Source: Lama glama (taxonomy: Eukaryota). From it: 64,000 nt of DNA. Positions within the stretch are counted from its first letter, which is position 1; the number at the start of each line of letters is the position of its first letter. Location of the stretch: assembly GCA_028534125.1 (NCBI GenBank), contig CM052816.1, positions 35,280,001-35,344,000 of the forward strand, read 5' to 3'. Made by a program: the position numbers and the translations under genes. Under the pieces are notes generated by a model. That model was not told where the DNA came from, made no database searches, and worked only from the letters and a program-made list of their open reading frames with translations. Of the stretch, positions 54,385 to 64,000 are shown piece after piece.

Positions 54385-55635
54385 TGTAAAGAAAAAAAAA
54401 TTTAAATCAGAAGTTGAATTCTTCCAGTTAAAGATGGAGGAAGGGATTTTCCTTTCTTAGAGCATTTGCCTTAGAAAACTTGTAATTGTTGAGTACTTTC
54501 TCATCGCTTTGAAATGTGTATAAGTTATTTGGAGACTTAGATAGGTCTCTGTCAGCTAGTATTTTGTTAGCTTTACATCCCAAAAATATCTTTTTCAAGG
54601 ACCTCAGCTCTATCTCTTTGAAATGCAAACATCGAGAGACATAGCAGCCATGAATGGATAAAGAAGATGTTGTGGATACATGTGTATACAGGATGGAATA
54701 TTATTCAACTGTTAAAAAGGATGAAATCTTGCCATTCCAACAACATGGATGGACCTTGAGGGCATTATGCCAAGTAAAATAAGTCAGACAGAGAAAGACA
54801 AATACCATATAATTTCCCTATTATGTGGAATTAAAAAAAAAAAAGCTCAAAGATACAAAGGACAGATAGGACAGATGGGAAGTTGCCAGACAAGGGGTGG
54901 GGAGTGGGTAAAATGGTGAAGGTGGTAAAAGGGTACAACTTCCATACTTCCATTTAAATAAGTCATGGGAATATAATGTACAGCATGATGACTGTAGTTA
55001 ATAATACTGTATTATATATTTGAAAGGTCCTAAGAAAGTAGATCTTAAGTTCTTATCACAAGAAAAAAAATTTGTAACTATATATTATGACAGATGTTAA
55101 CGACCTATTGTGGTGATCACTTAGAAATACATACAAATATGGAATGACGTTGTACACTTGACACTAATGTAATATTATATGTCAACTGTACCTCAAACAA
55201 AAGAAAGAGAGAGATAGAACCCCTCTCTCCCAGTTTCTATGGGAGAGCAGATGCCTAACTTCAGTGGGCAAATTGCTCCAAGTTGTATAACTACCTTCTG
55301 TCATGAAGATGAGAAGTTTGTATTTTCTGTGCATAAAGTTAATTAGCTAAAGCTGATGGTCACTCCAACTATCAAGTAAACTTAACATGAGTTATGTGTA
55401 CAGTGTTATCAAGGCCTATTCCTTAATGACTAGTAATCGTTTATCTTGAAAACTTATGTAATGGCTTGTATCTGCTTGGCTGAATACAAAGGTGAGATTG
55501 CTTTCTGTCTTTGCAATCTCTTTGTTGATTGCCTGTAATTTACATCACATTCTGGTCTAATGTTTATCATAAGAAAAATGTTGTGGAGAGAATTTCTGGG
55601 TTAGGAGATTTTGTTTTCAATTGTATTTCCCCAAA
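54385..55635 (+). mobile_element. MER34-like ERV1 solo LTR interrupted by an L1 3' fragment
   Basis: CTCTTTGAAATGCAAACATC / CTCCCAGTTTCTATGGGAG...GCCTAACTTC motifs on either side of the insert. Confidence 0.65.
54650..55205 (+). mobile_element. L1MA-type 3' fragment
   Basis: ATGAATGGATAAAGAAGATG...GTCAACTGTACCTCAA. Degenerate TSD GAGAGA(C/G)ATAG. Confidence 0.85.
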
Positions 55636-56147
55636 AATACCCATGCCCAAAATACTGAGACTATGAAGTTAAGGAAAGAAATTAGTGTCTAGTTTTTAAC
55701 TTGTTCTTGAAAATTACCACACATTAAGTGAGAACTTATCACTGAACTACAAATACATTTTAATAGAGTCAGAAATTATAATAAAGTTAATGTTTGGTAT
55801 ATATTTCATAGTGACTTTTAACTATACTAAACAAACTAAACCTATATGAATAAACCTCTTAAAATAGAAAGGAAATTAATTTTCTGTGACTATTAAATGT
55901 TGTGGTATAAGTCAAGATAATACGAATGAAATCAATGTTTATGTATTAAATGGTTAGACAAAGCTAAAATACAGCTTTGGGGATTGCTTCAACTTGGCAT
56001 ATTTTTTCCAAGAACCCTAGGACCTCTACCTTTATACAAAGAAAATCTAAATCTGGAAAGATGTGGTTGGTGAATTTGTTAGTACAGATTTGCAGAAAGT
56101 GGGTTTAAATAAAAGGCTGGTGTGGAAAATAGAACTATTTGATGTAC

Positions 56148-56149
<2 letters not shown>

Positions 56150-56181
<32 letters not shown>

Positions 56182-56191
56182 TGTGTGTGTG
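56150..56191. repeat. (TG)n microsatellite
   Basis: About 20 TG units with one interruption. Confidence 0.95.
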
Positions 56192-58341
56192 CATTTGTGT
56201 GAGTCTTAAGGAACTCCCATCTCTGAAAACAGAATCTTTCCAGTTCTTCAGCAGTGCTCTCAGTTCTCACCTATTCACTCAAACTTAAAAACTGCTTGCC
56301 ATATGCCAAGCATTGTGCTAAGAAATGCTATTTGAGTGAATGTACTTGAAGTAAATGAATATGGCAATAATCTATGCTGCATTTTCCAAACTAAAAAAAA
56401 CAATTATAGCAAAGCCAGTTTAAGGTGTTCCCTCAGATAAAACTATCACTTTGCATTGCAACACATTTAACAGACACTTTGTTTCACTTGATTTCAGATA
56501 TGCTGTGTAAATTTACATCTTGTAAATGTAGAGAGAGGATGGAAGAATAAAGGAAAATAATTTCCTGTCTAGATGATCCATGGGCTTCATAAAATTCTAG
56601 ACACCCACAAAGAGCCTAAGGGATGTGTATCTCAGTTGAAGTTGTTAGCATAAGACTTAAGAGATTCATTTCCTATTGTTAAAATTTAGATCTGTACCAG
56701 GTACTACCATGACTTTAGAAATGCCACAGTACTGCCTACCTATAGATAAGTTTCTGTATATATTCTATTTTACCAAATACCAATTTTTGACTATTCTAAT
56801 AACATTACTTACCTGGACAAATGAATACAATAACATGAATGTCAAATTTTAAGCAATTAGTAAAAAATGATTTTACCCTATCTTTCCATCCTCCAACCTC
56901 CTCCCCCATTTACCTGTGTAATTTTGTCTCATAAAAGGCTTCAAGAGAAACACTGGCCATGTGCTATCTTAGTTCAACAGCCTCCATATCTATCCTTCCC
57001 TCTTTTCCTTAATTTGTGTCTCTTCTTTTCCTCCTTTCCACCAGCTCCTTTGCTTTATGCTCTCTGTAATCCACAGTTTATACTGAACCACTTGCACATA
57101 CCACTCCCAAAATAGAGAGAATGATAAGACATACAATCTGGAAATCATATCTATCTATTCTGGACATAAATCAGTGTCTGTTTTCAGTAAATATAAATTT
57201 CTTTGATTTTGAAAATTGTCCTCTTGAATGAATACTGTCACTAGAGATCACATTTGTGTGAAATTTTCTTTAGGACTTTTTTTTTCTGGCTTTCTAAATT
57301 TCAATTTTTCAAGATGGCTATGTGGCTTTCTTTATTTTACAGATCTATATAATGAAAATAATGGTAGGGAAAGAAGGGAAGAAAGGAAGATGAAATAGAG
57401 TTGGAGGAGGAGGACTTCTAATCTGCCTGCAAATTGGATGTCACATCCATTAACACCATCTCACAACCATCCCTCCCAGCAAGAGACTGCCTGTCCCCCT
57501 AGCACTCCGGTACTGGTCCCCCTGCTTCCCTGACCTTTTGCTCACCATGGAGAAATACTCCCGCCGACATTCTCAGTCAAGACATGCCCTCTCCAGAATG
57601 CCCCTGGATCACTGACCTGTCCCTTTTTAAGTCATCATTTTCTTAGAAGTTACCTGTCCTTTTCCTCATTCCCTTATTCCTGGGTCACTGGACCTTCAAA
57701 GATAACTGTCAAATGTGTGCCATGGGAGAGTGCCAGAGTAATCTCTAAATGTGGGTTAATGCACTAGCATCATCAGAATCACCTGAGAATCTTTTCAAAA
57801 ATACAGACTTCTAGCTTTACCCCCCAGTGATTCTGACTTGGAAAGATTCTGTCTAGAAAGAGTTCAGAAAATCTGTGTTTGGAAAAAAAAAAAACAGTGA
57901 ATCTAGTCAACACGTGGGTGGAACACGCATTTAGCCCTGTTCCTACCCCAGACTCCTTGGAATAATGTAAATGTGTATGCAGATCACCAGGAATCCAAGG
58001 CCCAGGGATCTTTGAGGGCATAGGTGAGAGAGAGACTGAAAACAAGAGAATTTGTTGACAGTCTATAACAGGAGTAGGGAGATTCTCAGATCACTTCCCC
58101 AACCAAGCAGTTAAGTAATACACCACCCTAACTCAGTCCAGAAACGATAAAATTTACTCCTTGGTGAAAGTGAACTAGACATGCTCTGGTCCTGAAGACA
58201 CTGACATACCTGAGTATAGGGGTGAGGTGTCTTACTACCACTGGGATGAAGGGAGTAAGTGAAACTTCCTCTCCCACTCAGCTCCTATAATGACGGTTTC
58301 CAGAGTTGTATCCCTCAGAGAGGATACTGGAGGATTCCGTT

Positions 58342-58653
58342 TGCGAAGAAGAATAAAGGAAGCCTCGTTTAAAGCGGGGTCGGGAAGCTCTGAAGGGGGA
58401 GTTCACACGCAGGTAACTCACCTCAGTCTATAGACCTCAGCCCTCTGGCCCAGCAACAAGCTGCCCAGTACCTGCAGCCAATGAAAAACCACCAGAGCTC
58501 TCCCCAGTTTCCTCCTTTCCTCTAAAAAAGCAAGCCCCTCTCCTCTGTTCTCCAGGGTGATTCACCATAGTTTACTTGTCCTAAGTTGAAATTCTCTATT
58601 TTCAGATAAACTTATTTTGCTGGTAAAATAGCTGGCTCTTTTTAAGGTCAACA
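58342..58653 (+). mobile_element. ERV-type solo LTR
   Basis: TG...CA ends, CCAAT at ~58478, GATAAA polyA-like signal. The host element resumes afterwards. Confidence 0.55.
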
Positions 58654-60238
58654 CTTTCTAGGGAAACTGACTTGCTCAAGGAAAAATACTGGAAAGGACA
58701 CTGGAGGGGAGGGGGAAATCTTTCAGCATTGTGTTTCCTTGCCTAATCGCATCAAAAAGAAGTCTACCAATCCACAAGTTCCAGCCATGCAGGTAGCTTT
58801 TCTCACTCTTAAATATGAAGAGACATTAGTGCACTACCACACTTTTGAGGAAACCCATAGTTACGAAAATCACACACCAAAACAAACAAACAAAAATTAT
58901 GGGGAGATGCGGGACAGAGCTGAACAAAACCAAAGAAGAGAACAGAAGAAAATTTTGGAACTATGAGTAACATCATTAAAGAAAGAAATTCCATGAATAA
59001 AAGCAGGATGCTATTTTTTAAAGAAATATTCAGAGGAAAAAAATGAGATTTGGGAAAATTAAAATATAGCAAATTTTTAAATTCATGGTAGAAGATAAAG
59101 TGAAGTTGAGAAGTCTCAAAAGAGGAACAAAATGCCAATTGAAAAGTATGAGAAAAGGAAAGTTAGCATCAATCCAGGAGATTGCACAGCTAATCTATAG
59201 GAGTTCCAAAAAGAGAAAAGGAGGAGGGTGGAGGAGGGGGTGGAACCATCAGAGAAAGACAATTTCCCAGAACAGAAAGAAGTATGTTTCCAGACTGAAA
59301 TGGATCTAGTGAGTGCTGGAAAAATAAATGAAAAAGACTCACAGAAAGGCACTTAATCCTAAAATATCAGAACAACAGAGATAAAGAAAATTCCCTAAAT
59401 GCTTCAAGTACAATAACAAACAGATTGCAGACAGCAGATTAGGCATGATAATAGAGAATGGTATTCGACTCTTCAACAATGATATTGGAAACTAGAAGAA
59501 AATAGAGCAATAACTTTAGTTTCCAAAGGGAGATTATTTACAACTTAGAATTTTCTATAAACCCAATCATCAAACAAGTCTAAGAACAGAATGAAGGTAT
59601 TCTCAGACATGCAAGATCTCAGCAAGTCTTCTTCCTATGGAACCTTTTCTTAGTAAGGTATTTGAAAGTGTTTTCACCAAAAAGAGGCATTGAAAAACAG
59701 AGATGAAGACATGGATCAATACTGGAGAAAGGAAAAGGGAATAGCCAGAATGATGGTGAAGGAAATTTCCAGGATAATAACTGTACGAGAGGCCTATAAA
59801 GCAGCCAGTTCACCCTGAGGCAGGAGAATGGAAGTCTCCAGAACTGATGTCTCCAAGGGAAAAAAAAAGCATCAGTGAATTACCTGATGTATTTTACTAC
59901 TTGGAGAGATGTATTAGCATTATGACACAATTTGGAGATGACTTAAGAGCAGGCATTTAAGAGATGAAGCAATTATTAGCCACAGGGGGAAAAATTTTAT
60001 TTAAAAAAAGATTTTACATTTAAAATGTAGTCACAGTTTATATATGACACAGACTGAAAAGACAATTACATAATCATCCTACTCTAAGCACTGAATGTTG
60101 ATTTAACAAAAAAAATTACAATATTGTAATTCCTACAATATTGTAGGAATAGAGTGCAGGAAACTCTTGAGTGGAAGTATGAGTACAAGAGAGCTAAATC
60201 TTCTTCTTCCATAGTGGGAAGAAGATAATTGCTAATTC

Positions 60239-60725
60239 TTCTCATGGGGTTCGGGGGTTGGGGGGGTGTTGTGCAGGCAGTAAAAGAATTTACTAGAGAT
60301 GAAGGAGGAGAATAGTAAAGGAGTTTATTGCCATAGACAACAGTGGGCCACACAGATGAGAGGTGCCTGTGAGTGCCAAGGGTTGGTTGTTGGGGTCTTT
60401 TATAAGGGAGGGTCACACCAGGTATCAAGGGGTCACAAGGTGTCTGATAGGCTTGTGCACAAGTCCCTGACTGGCTATTGGTGAGTTAAGAAGTTTAGGG
60501 TCTGTGAAGGAGTGGTGGGACGTATGATTCTAATAAGATGGAGACAGAGCTGAAACAAACCAGCCTGGGCTATTGTAAGATTAGGCATTACCTAGGGCTA
60601 TTAGTTTGTTAGGGGAAACACACCTAGTAAAGAATGTACTTTATCTTTTGAGGGATCGCAGGCAGACATCGGAGTGCCCAGGAATGGGGGTGCTTGGACT
60701 TTAAAGGACGCCAGTTGGCCCCACA
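60239..60725 (-). mobile_element. ERV1-type solo LTR
   Basis: 4-bp TSD ATTC (60235-38 / 60726-29). On the minus strand: TG start, CCAAT (~60477), TATAAAA (~60397-60403) and AATAAA (~60324-29) in LTR order. Confidence 0.7.
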
Positions 60726-61797
60726 ATTCTGAAAAATCGAGACTGGGTGTTGAAAGCATGCTTCATGCTAGGAAGGATAAACATCAGTGTTGAGAAATAG
60801 AGTACAGCTATGGGGATGGGGATGGGGATGGGAACTGAAGAGTAACAGTGTTTAGGGCTGGAGGCTCCTTCATATTATAAATGGTGTGCTATCATCTCAC
60901 TTGCATTGCTTTGATAAACATAAATATCAAAAAAAAAGAAAATAAAATAAAATCTCTAGGTGAATCTGCTACACAGCCAGGGTTAAGAACTACTGGGTAA
61001 AGAACAGGATGAGGAACAGGAACATCTGTCCCTATCACTATAGACAGCATAAATGTTTAAAAGAATGATGCAAGACACAACTTGCTTTCTAACTTGGATG
61101 GTTATTCATTTAATAAATATTTGTTGAGCACCATGTACCAAACACTGAAAAGCTCTGAGGATACTACAGGAAATTGCAGGGACAGGGCTTTTCACCTGAA
61201 GTCAGGTAGGAGATACAGACCATAAGCCAGAAAACAAATTGATAAACCATCTATAGATTTGATAAATGCTAGGAAGGAAATGAACAAAAAGTGAGGAAAT
61301 AAAGAGACTGTAAAGAATAAAACACTTAAGATTCAGGTCTTAGCTTCACAGTTGTATACTGTGAACTGAAGCAAATCCCTTAAACATTCTGAGCCCCCAT
61401 TTTTATATATAATAATTGAAGATAATAATTCTAATCTCATTGGATCTTATGATAATTAAGGTAGAGTAAATGAATGGATTTTCAATATATAAATTCTTAT
61501 TCAGACATGTTTTTTTTACCCTTAAGGGAGCCCTTTTCAGTTCTTAATTAGTTTCCTTGCCTTTTTCCCTAGGGTTCTAAGGTACACATTGTCAGTGGAT
61601 TAAGCCACCTAACGGTCATTTTAATTTTGATGTTCCCACATTCAAATGCTTTAGTTTAGAGGTAAACCTAGTTTCTTAACCTTGACTTCAACCTTTACTG
61701 ATCTATAGCATTTTAAATATCCAGACTTCTCTCCTACCTCACTGTTTCCTCTCCCCATCCCCCTTCAACAATGGAATGCTTTTTGCCTCCACATGTC

Positions 61798-63625
61798 GTT
61801 TATTATTATTTAATTATTAATTTATATACATAGTATATATAAATTTGGTGTTCTGTTCTATGAGTTTTGACCACTGCATAGCTATGGAACCACCACCACT
61901 GTCAGTATGCAGAACAGCTCCAAACAGCTCCTGCGCGCGGGCGCATGCGCGCGCGTACACGCAGAGTCTCCTTATGTTACCCCTTTGTAGTCAACCCTAC
62001 CTCCACATAACCCCTGATCTGTTCTTCATCGCTATAGTCTTGCCTTTTCCAAAATGTCATATTAATGCAGTCATGGAATATATAGCCTTTTGAGTCTACC
62101 TTCTTCACTTACAAGAATGCATTTGAGATTCGTCTGTTATTGCGCGTATTAGCCGTTTCTTCCATTTTATCGTAGTGTAGTGTTTCATAGTTTATCCATT
62201 TCCCAGTTGAGGGACATTTGGGTTTTTTCCAGTTTTGGGCAATTATGAATAAAGTTACTATAAACATTCATATACAGGTTTTACTGTGTGAATGCAAATT
62301 TTTATTTCACTTGGGCAAATAACTAAGAGTGAGATTGCTAGGCCCTGTGCTAAGTGCATATTTCTAGGAAACAGCCGGACTTTTCCCAAAATGGCTGTAC
62401 CATTTTACATTCCCACCAGTAATGCATAACAATTCCAATTTTTCCTCATTCTCATTAACACTTGGTATTGTCAGGTGTTTTTCTGAGGAGGGGGAAGTGG
62501 ATTGGTGGGTTTGTTTTCTCATTCTGGTAGGTATACAGAGGTATCTTATTGTGGTTTTAATTTATATTTCCTTATGGACTAATACTGTTGAGCATATTTT
62601 CATGTGTTTATTTGCCATCCACATATCTTCTTTTACTTATTTATTTTGAATTGAAGTATAGTCAGTTACAATGTGTCAATTTCTGGTGTAGAGCATGTTT
62701 CAGTCATACATATATATACATATATTCATTTCATATTCTTTTTCATTATAGGTTACTACAAGATATTGAATATAGTTCCCCGTGCTATACAGAAGAAATT
62801 TGGCTTTTATCTATTTTATATAATAGTAGTTAATATTTGCAAATCTCAAATTTCAAGTTTATCCTTCCCTACCCCCTTTCACAGCACTCTGTGTATAGTG
62901 TTGCTATGAACATTGGGGTGCATGTTTCTTTTCGAATTAGAGTTCCCTCTGGATATATGCCCAGGAGTGGGCACGTATCTTCTTTGGTCAAGTATCTGTT
63001 CAAAGCTTTTGCTCATTTTAAAAATTGGTTGTTGTTTTGAAAAGAAAGAACAAAGATAAAGGACTCCTATGACCTGATTTTAAGACTTACTAAAAAGCTA
63101 TAGTAATCAAGAGAGTGAGGTATCAGTAAAACATAGATATACAGATCAATGGAATAGAATAAAGGGTCCAGAAATATACCCATGCAAATATGATCAATTG
63201 ATTATTGGCAAAGGTGCAAAGAAAATTTAATGGAGAAAAGGTAGTCTTTTCAACAAACAGTGCTGGAACAACTGGACATTGATGTGAAAAAATTTACTGT
63301 GGCTTGTTTTTTACCCATATCTCTCACCTTACATAAAAACTAACTCAAAATGGATCATAGACCTAAATATAAAATGTAAAACAACAAACCTTTCAGAAAA
63401 AAATACAGGATAAATCTTTATTACTTTCAGTTAAGGAAAGAGTTCTAACATACAACACCAAAAGCATTATATAAAGAAGGAAAAAATTAGTAAATTGGGC
63501 TTGATTAAAATTAGGAAAAAATTGATTTATGAAAGATGCAGGCAAGAGAATGAAACGACAAGCCACAGAAAATATTTGCAAATCACACATCTGACAAAGG
63601 GCATGTAGGCAGCATATAAATCTCC
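61798..63625 (-). mobile_element. L1MB-type element with 5' inversion (63040-63625 in + orientation)
   Basis: Antisense 3' UTR/ORF2 end at 61798-63038, joined to a sense ORF2 segment. Confidence 0.8.
62634..62971 (-). mobile_element. Young lineage-specific L1 3' fragment with internal deletion
   Basis: TSD CAC(A/G)TATCTTCTTT at 62620-33 and 62972-85. Confidence 0.88.
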
Positions 63626-64000
63626 AATTTTAAAGAAATGCTTTCCATTCTTTCAGGCTCAACTCAAATCTCATCTTTGTGAAAACTTCAAAGACCAGAT
63701 GAGCTAGAATCCATATGTCTGGAACATTAGTGGATGAACGAATAAACATTTCTCAGGCATTATTACATTCCTGTAAAGGCGTATACACTAATAAATAGAC
63801 CCTTATATGCTGGTCCCCTTTTTAACTAAAAACCTGTATGTAGACACTTGCCAGACACTTGATACACTGCAGTGTGTTACTTTGGAATGAAATAAAACTC
63901 TGACTGAAATAATAAATACTGTGGATGGATGGCATCCTCTTACAGATCCCAAATTGCTCACATTGTGTCTTCGCCTTAAGGAGGCTATATCTAACAAGGG

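Larger units (their letters stand above)
57900..60950 (+). mobile_element. HAL1/old L1M ORF1-only element inserted in a MER5A
   Basis: ORF1-like remnants at 59000-59650, 3' end TGCTTTGATAAACATAAAT plus an A tail. MER5A halves at ~57750-57890 and ~60950-60996. Confidence 0.65.

Overview
Mammalian genomic DNA, probably camelid (inferred from the tRNA-derived SINEs and young L1 3' ends). The window holds the 5' end of the FER tyrosine kinase gene on the minus strand: a CpG-island promoter with non-coding exon 1 (~52.2-53.5 kb), a probable 146-nt non-coding exon 2 (38399-38544) and the first coding exon (22021-22288; codons 1-69, start of the F-BAR/FCH domain). Positions 1-22020 are the following intron, and I found no further FER coding exon there. 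A 5'-truncated RPS12 retrocopy with an open frame lies antisense in intron 1. The rest is mostly transposon debris (L1, HAL1, L2, MIR, SINEs, ERV1/MaLR LTRs, Tigger and hAT MITEs), often nested. I see no evidence of a new multi-gene system. The most interesting items are the uORF-dense FER leader with tandem splice sites, possible upstream alternative promoters, and several informative retrotransposition structures. Repeat family names come from recalled consensus sequences, and most repeat boundaries are approximate.
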